64,000 bases of DNA, taken from positions 224,001 to 288,000 of the forward strand of contig CAXXHO010000003.1 of assembly GCA_963667725.2 (NCBI GenBank). Reading direction: 5' to 3'. Position numbers and translations under genes: made by a program. Source of the DNA: Treponemataceae bacterium (GTDB lineage Bacteria > Spirochaetota > Spirochaetia > Treponematales > Rectinemataceae). How positions within the stretch are numbered: position 1 is the first letter of the stretch; each line of letters starts with the position of its first letter. Positions 21,127-31,836 of this stretch are shown piece by piece. The notes below the pieces were generated by a model that saw nothing but the letters and a program-made list of their open reading frames with translations, had not been told where the DNA came from and searched no databases.

Positions 21127-21148
21127 ACCCGATCGGGAGCGCTGAGGC

Positions 21149-22732
21149 ATGAACAATAAACCGGAAAGCTACCCGCTCTGCAACCTGGACAATGGCGCCT
21201 TCGCGCCCGAAGCGGCACTCTTCGTCGTTTTCGGCGCCACGGGAGATCTCGCCCACAGGAAGATATTCCCCGCTCTCTTCGACCTTTTCGCGGGCGACAT
21301 CCTGCCCCCCGATCTCCTCATCATCGGTTTCGCGCGCAAGCCGCTGGACGATGTGTCATATCGCGAGGACCTGAAGCAAAGCTGCGTGAAATACGCGAGG
21401 CTCGGAAAGTTTTCCGACAGGAAGTGGAAGTCCTTTTCCGACCGGATTTTCTATCTCCCGTCCGATCTGGACGATCCTGAGGGCTATAAACTTCTCGCCG
21501 ACATCATCGCCGGCCGCGACGCCGGTTTTGAGGCCAGGGCAAAGGGCAGAAGCTGCCCCGCCAACGCGCTGTTCTACCTCGCCGTCGGTCCCGAGCATTT
21601 CGGCACTATCGCCGGAAGGCTGAGCAAGGCCGGCCTGGGGTCGGCGGGATCGGGCGCGGCCGGCGGCGAGATGGGCAAAGAAGGCTTGAAGGGCAGGGAA
21701 GGCTGGCGCCGGCTCGTCGTGGAAAAACCCTACGGGCGGGACGGGAAAAGCGCCCTGGCCCTGACCGCGGCGCTCCACGACGGCTTCGCCGAGAAAGACA
21801 TCTATCGGATAGACCATTACCTCGGCAAGGAAACGGTGCAGAACCTTCTCTATCTCAGGTTCGCGAACTCGGTTTTCGAGCCGGTCTGGAACAGGAACCA
21901 TATCGAGTCGATCGATATTTCCGTGTTCGAGACGGAGGGCATCGGGGAGAGGGGCGGATACTACGATTCCGCGGGAGCCGCGCGCGACATGCTCCAGAAT
22001 CACCTGATCCAGCTCATGTGCCTGACGACGATGGAACCGCCAGCAAGCCTCGACCCGGAGAGCATCCGCGACGAGAAGGTGAAGGTCCTGCAGTCGGTTT
22101 CGCGCTTTCTGCCGCGGGATATCCTTTCGCGGTCGAGGCGGGGGCAGTACGTAGGGGGAAGGGATTCCGAAGGCAAACAGGTTCGCGCCTACAGGGACGA
22201 GTCTAGGGTGAGGCCAGATTCGACCACGGAGACTTTCGTCTCCCTGCGTGTCGAGTTGGACAACTGGCGCTTTTCCGGCGTTCCGATCAGGCTGTCGACC
22301 GGCAAGGCTTTCGCGTCGAAATTCAGCCAGATCGTCATCCATTTCAGGCGGCCGCCCGTCGCGCTTTTCGCCGCCCAATGCGGCGACACGCTCATGCACA
22401 ACACGCTCACCATCAGGATACAGCCCGACGAGGGCGTATGGCTGCGTTTCAACGCCAAGGTGCCGGGCATTCCCGCCATCAAGGCGAGCGAGCTCCGTTT
22501 TTCTTACAGGGAAGTGGCCGACTATCTGCCCGAGGCCTACGAGAGGCTCATCGCCGACGCCCTCGCCGGGGATTCCACGCTCTTCATCCGGGCCGACGAA
22601 TCCGAGCATGCCTGGCGCATCGTTGACGCGCTGGAGGCGGCATGGGCATCGGTAGATGCCCATGCCGCCTCGGAGCAGGGTGGCTTGCTTCCGTATCCCG
22701 CCGGTTCGGCGGTTCCGGAGTTCCCCGCTTGA
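21149..22732 (+). CDS. zwf: Glucose-6-phosphate 1-dehydrogenase
   Basis: FGATGDLA, EKPYG, RIDHYLGKETVQN, RDMLQNH, EAYERL. Confidence 0.96.
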   Translation: MNNKPESYPLCNLDNGAFAPEAALFVVFGATGDLAHRKIFPALFDLFAGDILPPDLLIIGFARKPLDDVSYREDLKQSCVKYARLGKFSDRKWKSFSDRIFYLPSDLDDPEGYKLLADIIAGRDAGFEARAKGRSCPANALFYLAVGPEHFGTIAGRLSKAGLGSAGSGAAGGEMGKEGLKGREGWRRLVVEKPYGRDGKSALALTAALHDGFAEKDIYRIDHYLGKETVQNLLYLRFANSVFEPVWNRNHIESIDISVFETEGIGERGGYYDSAGAARDMLQNHLIQLMCLTTMEPPASLDPESIRDEKVKVLQSVSRFLPRDILSRSRRGQYVGGRDSEGKQVRAYRDESRVRPDSTTETFVSLRVELDNWRFSGVPIRLSTGKAFASKFSQIVIHFRRPPVALFAAQCGDTLMHNTLTIRIQPDEGVWLRFNAKVPGIPAIKASELRFSYREVADYLPEAYERLIADALAGDSTLFIRADESEHAWRIVDALEAAWASVDAHAASEQGGLLPYPAGSAVPEFPA

Positions 22733-23439
22733 GCTTCGCGCTTTGCCGTTTCGAGGACGAGGGCGCCTGGATAGGCGGGATTGTCCTGGATTTTACAGGC
22801 GCCGTAGAGGCGGCCATAGGCCGCCGGCAGGCTGTATTCCACGCGAGTCTGGCCGGAGGGAATACTCCGGAGCCCGCGTACAGGGCTCTTGCCGCCGCCC
22901 CCTCCCTCGCCGCTCTGAGCGGAAAAATCCGTATCCATCTCTGGGTCGGCGACGAAAGGGAAGTGCCGGCCGATAGTCCTTTGCGCAACGGGGCGATGAT
23001 AGCCTCGGTTTTCGGGGAGGGGGCGGCTTCCGCTAGTGCCGTCGCGTCCTGGAGTCATTATCCCCTCGTTCATCTTTGGCCCGAGGGCGACCGGAATAAA
23101 GCATGCGCGGCCTATGCCGAGGAAATCGAGAAGACCATCGGCGAACAGCCAGTCTTCGATCTCTCCATTCTCGGGATGGGCGCCGATGGCCATACCGCCG
23201 GCCTTTTCTCCATGGCCGACGCGATGGCCGAATCCCTCGCGATCGTCACGGATGCCCCTTTCCACCCCGTATCGCGGATGACGCTGAGCGCCGCTCTACT
23301 CAAGCGGTCGCGGCATACCATGGTTTTCGTTCGGGGACGCGAAAAAAAGGCGATGCTGGATAAAGTCCTGGAAGATGACCGCTTCCCCCTGAATATGGCG
23401 ACCGGATCCCCCGCCACAATCTATTATCTCGAAGCCTGA
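22729..23439 (+). CDS. pgl: 6-phosphogluconolactonase
   Basis: LAGGNTP, GDEREVP, LGMGADGHTAGLF, RMTLS; TTG start overlapping the zwf stop. Confidence 0.85.
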   Translation: MSFALCRFEDEGAWIGGIVLDFTGAVEAAIGRRQAVFHASLAGGNTPEPAYRALAAAPSLAALSGKIRIHLWVGDEREVPADSPLRNGAMIASVFGEGAASASAVASWSHYPLVHLWPEGDRNKACAAYAEEIEKTIGEQPVFDLSILGMGADGHTAGLFSMADAMAESLAIVTDAPFHPVSRMTLSAALLKRSRHTMVFVRGREKKAMLDKVLEDDRFPLNMATGSPATIYYLEA

Positions 23440-23456
23440 ACGAATAGGAGACCACG

Positions 23457-24227
23457 ATGAATCCAGGATCGAAAGCCCGCGGCCTCCTTTCAGCCGCTTT
23501 TTTCATGATGCTGGTTCCCGTGACGCCTCATGCCCAGGAAAATCCCCAGCCGCAGACGCTGACCTTCGCCAACTATAAATGGACGGTCCGCCAGACCACT
23601 CAGCCCGAGGGACCGATGGGCAACTACTTCGGAGGCCGCGATCTTTCCGTTTTCCTGAATGGCGATGGATCGTTGACCTTGAAAATATCGCCCGAGCAAG
23701 GCATCTGGCACGCGGGCGAGGTAACCTCGCAGAAATTCATGGGCTATGGCACCTATGTTTTCAAGGTCAGGACCCCTCCCGCCGGCTTGGATCCGAATAT
23801 CGTGCTCGGACTTTTCACCTATTCAAGGGCGAGCGCCTACAGCCATAGGGAAATCGACATTGAATTTTCCGCCTGGGGGCAGAGCGGAAAACCCGTATTG
23901 GGGCAGTACGTGATCCAGCCCTACGCCGATCCCGGCCATATGATCGCGTTCGATATCTCGAAAATCGGCGGACCCGCGACCTATATGTTTACCTGGCTCG
24001 AAGGAAGAATAGATTTCGTTTCCTGGGAGGGCTACGGACCGCGGCCGGAAGACGGCTCCCCCTCCATCATATCCTCCTGGAGCTTCTCCGACCCCAAAGC
24101 CGTCCCCAAGCCCTCGAGCCAGGTACATATTAACCTCTACCTCGCCCACGGCGACGTTCCGCCCTCCGGCCGCGGCTCCCTTGCCGTCACCATAGACTCC
24201 TTCGAATTCATTCAGGCAAAAAAATAG
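23457..24227 (+). CDS. Secreted glycoside hydrolase family 16-like protein
   Basis: Signal peptide; GYGTY and catalytic-type EIDIE motif; HINL. Confidence 0.72.
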   Translation: MNPGSKARGLLSAAFFMMLVPVTPHAQENPQPQTLTFANYKWTVRQTTQPEGPMGNYFGGRDLSVFLNGDGSLTLKISPEQGIWHAGEVTSQKFMGYGTYVFKVRTPPAGLDPNIVLGLFTYSRASAYSHREIDIEFSAWGQSGKPVLGQYVIQPYADPGHMIAFDISKIGGPATYMFTWLEGRIDFVSWEGYGPRPEDGSPSIISSWSFSDPKAVPKPSSQVHINLYLAHGDVPPSGRGSLAVTIDSFEFIQAKK

Positions 24228-24259
24228 GAGCCGTCCACGATTTTCTCGTGAACGGCTCC
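24227..24259. terminator. Hairpin between convergent genes
   Basis: GGAGCCGTcCACGA-ttttc-TCGTGaACGGCTCC. Confidence 0.6.
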
Positions 24260-24339
24260 CATCTATGCGCCGGCCTTTTCATCGGGCGGCGCCAAAGCGC
24301 AGTCGGCGGTCAAGCGCAGCCAGCGCCGGCCCACAATGC

Positions 24340-25044
24340 TCAGTTTTCGGCTATAAGCAGCGACTTCGTGTCCAGCTTCAGGCTCAGGTCCTTGGGATTC
24401 AGCATCTCGTGGTCCTTGATGACCTTGAAGTGAATGTAATCGTGCATGGGTTCCAGAACGATGAGCACCGAAATCAGGGGAAGGAGTTCCCTGAGGAGAA
24501 TCGGCACATTGTTCTTGTCGAAGAGAGGATCGGCGCCCGACAGCGTGCAGGAGTACCATACTTCCAGCCCCATCTCGGCGATGAATTTCTTTACTTTTTC
24601 GAAGCGCTCCACAGAGCCGCGCGAGAAGTCGAATCCGTCGACGATAACCGTCTTCGCGTCGAAGCCGCCATCCACGATCATCGCCCTGAGGGAGCGGGTG
24701 ATCTGGTCGACCGATACTCCTTCCTGGGTGAAGTTCATGATGACGCGGTTGCGCACCAGCTGGTCCTTTAGATTGCCGATGTCTTCCAGGTTTTTCCGTT
24801 TCGCGATCTCATCGAAAATATTCTCGTACCAGGAAATAACGTAACTCGTGTGCGCGTTGAAAGAAACATGGATGACTTTTTCTCCCTGGATGAGCTTGTC
24901 GAGCGCCATCTGGACGAGAACGGAAGTCTTGCCTATGCCCTTTCTGCTGGAGATTATTCCGATATTGCCAGCGCCGAGGCCGCCTTCTATCGACTTCTCC
25001 AGAACGCGCACGCTGCTTTTCGAAATGAATTCTTCCTTCAGCAT
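24340..25044 (-). CDS. Single-domain RecA/KaiC-like P-loop protein
   Basis: GGLGAGNIGIISSRKGIGKTS Walker A-like, VIHVSF, VIVDG Walker B-like. Confidence 0.75.
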   Translation of the reverse strand: MLKEEFISKSSVRVLEKSIEGGLGAGNIGIISSRKGIGKTSVLVQMALDKLIQGEKVIHVSFNAHTSYVISWYENIFDEIAKRKNLEDIGNLKDQLVRNRVIMNFTQEGVSVDQITRSLRAMIVDGGFDAKTVIVDGFDFSRGSVERFEKVKKFIAEMGLEVWYSCTLSGADPLFDKNNVPILLRELLPLISVLIVLEPMHDYIHFKVIKDHEMLNPKDLSLKLDTKSLLIAEN

Positions 25045-25173
25045 GTGATCTCCTTTCGGCGATTGCGGGGCAATCCCCTGAAATCTTCCCCGGCGCCGGA
25101 ACGCCTGGGGGAATCTTCATTCTTTAGTATACCCGCATTTCCGGCGGGCGGTAAAAAGATTTTGCCCAAAAAA

Positions 25174-27264
25174 TTACTTCTGGTGTTCTTTCTTTCTCTT
25201 CTCGAGATAATCCTCTCTCAGCTTTTCGGAGATCGAGGTGGGGACCTTTCCGTACTTCTCGAATTCCATGGTGAACTCGGCCTTGCCCTGAGTGAGCGAC
25301 CTGATGACCGTGGAATAGCCGAACATCTCGGCGAGGGGCACTTCCGCCTCTACGCGGCAGAACAGGCCATCCTCGGTGCTGGCGGTGATGATGCCGCGCC
25401 TCTGGTTCAGCGAAGCGAAGATATTGCCCTGGAATTCGTTTGGTCCCTCGACGCTCACCTTCATGATAGGCTCGAGAATGGCGGGCTTGGCCTTTTCATA
25501 GGCTTCCCTGAAGGCGCCGATGGCCGCCAACTGGAAGGCGATATCGGAGGAGTCGACCGCGTGGCTCTGACCGTCGTTGACGAGACAGCGCACGTTGACG
25601 ATGGGGAAGCCGATGAGGCTGCCCTTCTGGGTCGCGGCCTTGAAGCCCTTGTCGCAGGAAGGGATGAATTCGATGGGAATCGCGCCGCCCTTCACCTGGT
25701 TGACGAATTCATAGTTCTGCTCGGTGATGGGCTCGATATAGCCCGCGACGCGGCCGTACTGGCCCGAGCCGCCCGTCTGCTTCTTATGGGTATAGTTGAA
25801 ATCGGCCCGCTGCGTGATGGCTTCGCGGTAGGCTACCTGCGGTCTGCCAATTTCTACCTCGCACTTGTACTCGCGGCGCATGCGCTCCACATAGACTTCG
25901 AGATGAAGTTCGCCCATTCCCTTGATGATGGTCTGGTTGGACTCGGGATCGACGAAGGTCTGGAAGGTGGGGTCTTCCTTGGTGAAGCGGTTGAGCGCCT
26001 TGCCCATCTGGTCCGAGGATTTCTTGTCCTTGGGTTCGATGGCCAGGGAGATGACCGGTTCGGGAATAAACATCGACGACATGGCGTAATTGAGATCCGG
26101 GTGGCAGAAAGTGTCGCCGGACGCGCACTCGACGCCGAAGAGGGCGACGATGTCGCCGCAATAGCCTTCGGTGATGTCTTCCATGGAGTTGGCGTGCATG
26201 CGGACGAGCCTTCCCACCTTGAAGCGCTTGCGCGACCTGGTGTTGTAGAGTTCATCGCCCTTCTTGAGTTCGCCCTGATAGATGCGCACATAGGTGAGCT
26301 GACCGTACTGGCCATCCTCGAGCTTGAAGCCGAGGGCCACGGGTTTCTGGTTCGGGTCGGAGATGAGCTCGACTTCCTTCTCGCCGTTGTCGAGGTCGAG
26401 CGCGACGTTGCGGACCTCGGTGGGGTCGGGGAGATAGCTGACGACGGCGTCGAGGAGAATCTGCACGCCCTTGTTCTTGTAGGCCGAGCCCACGAAGACG
26501 GGGACGAATTTCTCGGCGATGACGCCCTTGCGGATGGCTGCCATGAGCATTTCGTTCGTGTATTCGCCTTCGAGGAAGGCTTCGGCCAGTTCGTCGGAGA
26601 ACATAGCCGCGGCTTCCGCGAGTTCCTCGCGGTAACGCTCGGCGTCGGCCACGAGATGGGCGGGGATATCGGCATAGCGGATGTCTTCGCCACTGGGGCC
26701 GTCGAAATACACGGCGCGCATGAGGACGAGGTCGATGACGCCTTCCAGCTTGTCCTCGAGCCCGATGGGGATCGTGACGAAGGCCGGATTGAGCCCGAGC
26801 TTTTCCTGGAGCTGCGCCTTTACCTTGAAGGGATTGGCGCCGGTGCGGTCGCACTTATTAATGAAGGCGAGCCGGGGAACGTGGTAGCGCTTAAGCTGGC
26901 GGTCCACCGTGATGGACTGGGACTGTACGCCCGCCACCGCGCAGAGCACGAGTATGGCCCCATCGAGAACGCGCAGGGAACGCTCGACTTCGATCGTGAA
27001 GTCAACGTGTCCCGGCGTATCGATCAGGTTGATGTCGTAGCCCTTCCACTGAACGTTGGTGGCCGCGGACTGGATGGTTATGCCGCGCTCGCGTTCCAGG
27101 TCCATGGAGTCCATGGTCGCGCCCGCGCCATCCTTGCCCCTTACTTCGTGTATGGCATAAATCTTCTGGCAGTAGAAGAGTATACGCTCTGACAGCGTTG
27201 TCTTGCCCGAATCGATATGGGCGGAAATCCCGATGTTTCGCATCTTGTGAATGTCATTGGACAT
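25174..27264 (-). CDS. fusA: Elongation factor G (stand-alone, EF-G1-like)
   Basis: [48 protein letters not shown]. Confidence 0.97.
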   Translation of the reverse strand: MSNDIHKMRNIGISAHIDSGKTTLSERILFYCQKIYAIHEVRGKDGAGATMDSMDLERERGITIQSAATNVQWKGYDINLIDTPGHVDFTIEVERSLRVLDGAILVLCAVAGVQSQSITVDRQLKRYHVPRLAFINKCDRTGANPFKVKAQLQEKLGLNPAFVTIPIGLEDKLEGVIDLVLMRAVYFDGPSGEDIRYADIPAHLVADAERYREELAEAAAMFSDELAEAFLEGEYTNEMLMAAIRKGVIAEKFVPVFVGSAYKNKGVQILLDAVVSYLPDPTEVRNVALDLDNGEKEVELISDPNQKPVALGFKLEDGQYGQLTYVRIYQGELKKGDELYNTRSRKRFKVGRLVRMHANSMEDITEGYCGDIVALFGVECASGDTFCHPDLNYAMSSMFIPEPVISLAIEPKDKKSSDQMGKALNRFTKEDPTFQTFVDPESNQTIIKGMGELHLEVYVERMRREYKCEVEIGRPQVAYREAITQRADFNYTHKKQTGGSGQYGRVAGYIEPITEQNYEFVNQVKGGAIPIEFIPSCDKGFKAATQKGSLIGFPIVNVRCLVNDGQSHAVDSSDIAFQLAAIGAFREAYEKAKPAILEPIMKVSVEGPNEFQGNIFASLNQRRGIITASTEDGLFCRVEAEVPLAEMFGYSTVIRSLTQGKAEFTMEFEKYGKVPTSISEKLREDYLEKRKKEHQK

Positions 27265-27462
27265 CTTGAGCCTTCACCTCATTGCAATAGAATGCGGGCG
27301 CCAAAAAGCGCCGTTCGCGGTTCAAAACGGTACCTGGCAGCATTGTTGATAACGATGCGGGAGATTGTAGAAAAAAATGCGGTTTGTTCCCATTTGTTAG
27401 AAAATCAGCTACCTGGCTACAGTATAGTGAAAAAGGTTCAGTTTTTCAATACCCGCGGACGG

Positions 27463-27879
27463 TCAGATATATTCGATTTCCCAATCGAGCGGCGCGCTGT
27501 CTCTGAGCATCGCGCTGACGCCGCAGTATTTTTGCTGGGAAAGCTCGCAGGCCTTCCTCACGTTGTTGGGATTGAGATGATCGCTTTCCTTGAACTGGTA
27601 GATCAATTTGATATGGACATATTTCTTGGGATGCTCGTCTCTGCCGTCGCCTTCCGCTTTCATGGCGAACCATGTGCAAGGTTCCCTCATTTTCTTGAGG
27701 ATGGAAACGACATCCATGCCGGAACAGCCGCTGAGGGCCGCCAATAAAAGCGGCTTGGGCCTGGCGCCTTCATCCTGCCCGCCGTCCGCGGTGGCCGCGT
27801 CCATGACAATCTTGTGGCCGTTCACGTCGGCCTCAAACGCCATGCCGCCATTCCAGATAGTCCTTATTTCGCTTTTCAT
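27463..27879 (-). CDS. OsmC/YhfA-family protein
   Basis: PKPLLLAALSGCSGMDV ... SQQKYCGVS two-Cys pattern. Confidence 0.9.
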   Translation of the reverse strand: MKSEIRTIWNGGMAFEADVNGHKIVMDAATADGGQDEGARPKPLLLAALSGCSGMDVVSILKKMREPCTWFAMKAEGDGRDEHPKKYVHIKLIYQFKESDHLNPNNVRKACELSQQKYCGVSAMLRDSAPLDWEIEYI

Positions 27880-27926
27880 GGGGTGCCTCCCTTCGCATGA
27901 TATAACGTCGGGAGGAGGCCTGGCAA

Positions 27927-28499
27927 TCAGTTGGCGGAAACGGAGAACATGAGCCGGTCGGAATAGCTGCCGTTCGCGGCCGATTGAGGAACATCGCGGA
28001 TAGCGAGGGCGACGCTGAAGGGTTCGCTGTATTTGGAGGATTTTCCCGATGCGGCGAAGGAGAAGCTACCGCCCTCGGCCGTCGACGCTGTGTCGCCGAA
28101 GTATAGTTCGTAGGGAATCGCGGCTCTTTCGGTTCCGCTCAGGTCCCTGAGCGCGCCACCATTGGCGGAATGGACCTTGACGGTATAGGAAGAAGTCACA
28201 TTGGAGAAAAGGCTGGCGTTTCCGAGATGCACCACGGCTCCCGTCCTTATCTCGAACCGGAGATTGTCGTTCGGGGCATAGGCTGCGTTGCTGGGTACCA
28301 TCCCGTCGGCGGGGATATAGCCGGTGAGGTTGGCGCTGGCGTCGTTGGAAAAGTCGAGTGAAAGCTTGAGTACGGCGGGAACCACGGCGACGATCTGGAT
28401 GGAGACACTTTTGGAGTTGGACGTTTTCTGGGCATAGGCTCCGGTGAGCGTCACCAGGGCGAGCATCGCGAAAACCGCCGATCGCAAAAACCGCTTCAT
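27927..28499 (-). CDS. Secreted beta-rich hypothetical protein (spore-coat U/pilin-like)
   Basis: Signal peptide ending AYA; IPYEL and C-terminal GSYSDRLMFSVSAN. Confidence 0.55.
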   Translation of the reverse strand: MKRFLRSAVFAMLALVTLTGAYAQKTSNSKSVSIQIVAVVPAVLKLSLDFSNDASANLTGYIPADGMVPSNAAYAPNDNLRFEIRTGAVVHLGNASLFSNVTSSYTVKVHSANGGALRDLSGTERAAIPYELYFGDTASTAEGGSFSFAASGKSSKYSEPFSVALAIRDVPQSAANGSYSDRLMFSVSAN

Positions 28500-28780
28500 T
28501 CCTTCTCCTTATCCATCCTATACTTTAAATAATACAGGAGAAGGAAATGCTTGCTATTGTCGTAAGACCCGGTTTAGAGGCCTTATCGACGGCATGTCGT
28601 CTTTTTATTTGAAGGACTGTCGGCGTTTTTCTCCAAAATCTCCAATAGGTTAAAAAATGTGGAGCGAATTGTTAAAAGGTCTAAAATCTCCATTATCTCC
28701 AACGCCGGATTTCATGAGCGGAAAATATGGAAAATGAAGGTAGTTTAAAAAAGGCGCGGTTTTGGACCGCGCCGCAGAAT

Positions 28781-29803
28781 TCATCGGGAGATGGAGGTCA
28801 ATTCCATTTCGAAGACGAGAAAGGCATCGGCGGGAATCACGCCGCTTATGCCGGAGGCGCCGTAGGCCAGCTCGGGCGGAATGACGACGAGCCGCTTTTC
28901 GCCCTTGCGCATGGTGGACACGACCTTGTCCCAGCCTTCGATTATCTCGCCCGTTCCGACGCGGAACTTGAAGGGACCGCCCGCGAGGGCTGACTGGTCG
29001 AAAACGGTGCCGTCGAGCAGCATGCCTTTGTAGATCACCGAGACGGTATCTCCCTTGGTTGGCACATCGCCAAAACCTTTGCGGATTACCTTCTGGAAAA
29101 TGCCGAATTCGTCCTTGATCGCGTCGGGCCATTTGGCGGAGATTGCCGCCATATCCGATGCCTGTTTGGCCTGGGCGGCGGATCGAAGCGCGGCGTAGGA
29201 GGCGCTGAGTCTTTCGTCCCAGGCTTTTTGGGAAACGTCGAATGCCTTGGCTTTAGCGCCCACGCGCTCGATGCGCGCCTTTTTGATCGCGTCGCCCACG
29301 GCGATGGAGTTCACGACATCCATGCCTTCCACAACCTTGCCGAATACGGAGTGTTTTCCGTCCAGCCAGGCCGCGTCGCCGAGGGTAATGAAAAACTGGC
29401 TTCCATTCGTGTTGGGACCGGCATTGGCCATTGAAACCACGCCGGGACCTTCATGCTTAAGTTCGGGGGAAAATTCGTCGGGGAATTTATAGCCGGGACC
29501 GCCGGAACCATTGCCGAGGGGATCTCCGCCCTGAATGACGAATCCCGGTTCCACCCTATGGAAGGTGATGCCGTCGTAATATGGTTTGCCCTTGCTGGCG
29601 TCGAGCTTGCCTTCGGCGAGTCCCACGAAGTTGCCGACCGTGAGAGGGGTCTTCTCAAATTCGAGGGAGAGCACGATGTCTCCTTTCGTCGTCTCGAGGA
29701 CGGCATAGAGCCCATCGGGTCTTTCGCTGGTCTGGCAGGAGACCATGCCTGAGGCCGCCGATAAAAAGACAAGCGCAAGTATCAGCTTATTTATCCGTTT
29801 CAT
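28781..29803 (-). CDS. Cyclophilin-FKBP fusion peptidyl-prolyl isomerase, lipoprotein
   Basis: Lipobox [52 protein letters not shown]; start MKRIN at 29803. Confidence 0.93.
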   Translation of the reverse strand: MKRINKLILALVFLSAASGMVSCQTSERPDGLYAVLETTKGDIVLSLEFEKTPLTVGNFVGLAEGKLDASKGKPYYDGITFHRVEPGFVIQGGDPLGNGSGGPGYKFPDEFSPELKHEGPGVVSMANAGPNTNGSQFFITLGDAAWLDGKHSVFGKVVEGMDVVNSIAVGDAIKKARIERVGAKAKAFDVSQKAWDERLSASYAALRSAAQAKQASDMAAISAKWPDAIKDEFGIFQKVIRKGFGDVPTKGDTVSVIYKGMLLDGTVFDQSALAGGPFKFRVGTGEIIEGWDKVVSTMRKGEKRLVVIPPELAYGASGISGVIPADAFLVFEMELTSISR

Positions 29804-29941
29804 TCTTTCCTCCGCGTAAACCAGCGTTACCATATCAGAAATACCGCGCCGATGAAAGATCCGTCCCGGCCATTTCTTCCCGGCTCTTGACGGCGGAAAG
29901 CGCGCGGGCAATGATGCCTTAAGGAAAAGCAAGGAGCTGAA

Positions 29942-30433
29942 ATGGCGGAATTGGAATACAAGAGACCCACCTGGGATGAATACTTTATGGAAGTTTGCAA
30001 TGCCATAGCCAAGCGAGCGACCTGCGACCGGGGAAGGTCGGGCTGCGTCATCGCCAAGGACAACCAGATACTGGCCACCGGCTATGTGGGAGCCCCCAGC
30101 GGACTGCCGCATTGCGACGAAGTAGGCCATCAGCTCAAGAAGCTCATCCATGAGGACGGGACGGTTACCCAGCATTGCGTCCGCACCGTGCACGCCGAAC
30201 AGAACGCCATCTGCCAAGCCGCGCGCAGGGGGGTCGCCATACAGGGCGCCACGCTTTACTGCCGCATGACTCCCTGCCGAACCTGCGCCATGATGATCAT
30301 CAACTGCGGCATCGTGCGGGTCATATGCGAGCGGCGATACCACGACGGAGCCGAGAGCGAGGAGATGTTCAGGACCGCCGGCGTGGTCTTGGAGTATGTA
30401 TTCGACGAAGTCCAGCAGTACAAGAACCAGTAA
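29942..30433 (+). CDS. dCMP deaminase (ComEB family)
   Basis: [21 protein letters not shown] zinc motif. Confidence 0.92.
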   Translation: MAELEYKRPTWDEYFMEVCNAIAKRATCDRGRSGCVIAKDNQILATGYVGAPSGLPHCDEVGHQLKKLIHEDGTVTQHCVRTVHAEQNAICQAARRGVAIQGATLYCRMTPCRTCAMMIINCGIVRVICERRYHDGAESEEMFRTAGVVLEYVFDEVQQYKNQ

Positions 30434-30516
30434 GGGGAGCCGTTCGCCGCCGGGCATCTTCAGCCCGCGAATCTCCTGATTGCATAAAACCTTCGCTTGC
30501 CTGTAAAGTACGGAAC

Positions 30517-31350
30517 GTGAGCATCAACGTAGTTTTCATCGGCGAGATCGTGGGCAAAAGCGGCGTCTTCGCCCTCAAGTCCACTCTGCCCGAGATAAAG
30601 GCCAGATATAAGCCCGATTTCATCATCGCCGACGCCGATTCAGCGACCGGCGGCGCCGGGCTCGGCGTGCAGCATGCCGTCTATCTCCGCAAGCTGGGCA
30701 TAGACTGCCTCACCGTCGGCGATTGCGCCTACTACAAGATCGACATGACCGAATTCTATCCGAAAGCCGGCTGGGTGCTTCGCCCGGCCAACTATCCCTA
30801 TGAGAATCCAGGCAGAGGATGGAAGATCTTCCAGACTCCGGCCGGCAAGATCGCCGTCGTCACGCTGCTGGGACAGGCGGGCTTCCCTCGCGTGCATTTG
30901 GAAAATCCCTTTCCCGCGATTGATCACATTATCGATAGGATAGCCGCCGACACAAAGGCCATCGTCGTGGATTTCCACGCCTCGACGACGGCTGAAAAGC
31001 TCACGCTTTCCAGCTATGTCGACGGCAGGGTTTCGGCGGTCGTGGGGAGCCACTGCAAGGCGCTTACGGCGGACGCGCGCTTGATGAAAAATGGAACGGC
31101 GGCGATTACCGATTGCGGCCGAACCGGCAGTATATTATCTGTCGGGGGCATGAATCCGGATGCCCGCGTAAAGGAATTCATGACTGCGGTCCGCGTCTGG
31201 GAAGGCGACGGGACCCTTGGGCTGGAAGTTCAAGGCTGCTTTTTCCGTATAGGCGATTCGGGCAAGGCCGAACGCATGGAAAGCTTCAGGATCCCCTGCA
31301 AGGAGACGATCGATGAAAGAGATAGCAACGGTAAAGAAGATAAACGGTAA
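30517..31350 (+). CDS. YmdB-family metallophosphoesterase homologue, degenerate active site
   Basis: FIGEIVG, LRPANYP...PGRG, VDFHA, TAD, TDCGRTG; GTG start. Confidence 0.82.
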   Translation: MSINVVFIGEIVGKSGVFALKSTLPEIKARYKPDFIIADADSATGGAGLGVQHAVYLRKLGIDCLTVGDCAYYKIDMTEFYPKAGWVLRPANYPYENPGRGWKIFQTPAGKIAVVTLLGQAGFPRVHLENPFPAIDHIIDRIAADTKAIVVDFHASTTAEKLTLSSYVDGRVSAVVGSHCKALTADARLMKNGTAAITDCGRTGSILSVGGMNPDARVKEFMTAVRVWEGDGTLGLEVQGCFFRIGDSGKAERMESFRIPCKETIDERDSNGKEDKR

Positions 31351-31720
31351 GATAGTCCATGTCGCCATAGCGATGCACGACGGCTGCGCCTCCTGCATCA
31401 ACAATACCTGCAAGGCGGGACGCGGCGATCTCCAGAGCTACAACGCCCACGACCTCGATGTACTCGAAGGCGATGAGGTGGAAATCGAGGTCGCCGGAAA
31501 GGAACAGGCCAGGGGAGCCTTCTGGATACTCGGCCTGCCGCTTATCGCTTTGTTCGCGGGGTATGGCCTCGGCCGCCTTTTCTTTCCCACGACAACCGAA
31601 ACGCCGGCTGTCATCTCCGCGGGCGCGCTTTTCGTCCTGACGCTCGGCGTTGGCGCCCTGATACAGAAAGGTAGAAAGAACGACTCCCTGCCCGTGATAA
31701 CGAGGAAATGCGGCGCCTGA
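31313..31720 (+). CDS. RseC/MucC-family protein
   Basis: CASC...C cluster, GDEVEIE, two C-terminal TM helices. Confidence 0.8.
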   Translation: MKEIATVKKINGKIVHVAIAMHDGCASCINNTCKAGRGDLQSYNAHDLDVLEGDEVEIEVAGKEQARGAFWILGLPLIALFAGYGLGRLFFPTTTETPAVISAGALFVLTLGVGALIQKGRKNDSLPVITRKCGA

Positions 31721-31779
31721 CCATTTGTTTCTACTTCTAGAAATCTGCGTTTGACTCCAGCCCTGATCGGTGAAATAAT

Positions 31780-31806
31780 AAAAACGCCAGCGTTGCTGGT
31801 GTTTTT
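31780..31806 (+). terminator. Terminator-like hairpin between rseC and oppA
   Basis: AAAAACGCCAGC-gtt-GCTGGTGTTTTT. Confidence 0.5.
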
Positions 31807-31836
31807 AGACATCATGAGGCACATGGAGATAGGCGG

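Noticed and set aside
24850..27192. 780-aa plus-strand ORF
   Set aside because: Antisense shadow of fusA; typical of high-GC codon bias, no motifs
28583..28610. sigma28-like promoter (TAAA...GTCGATAA, minus strand)
   Set aside because: Spacer is 13 nt rather than about 15 and the -10 is mismatched
29804..30457. N-terminal extension making the PPIase 558 aa
   Set aside because: Extension is antisense to the dCMP deaminase; the lipoprotein signal starts at 29803
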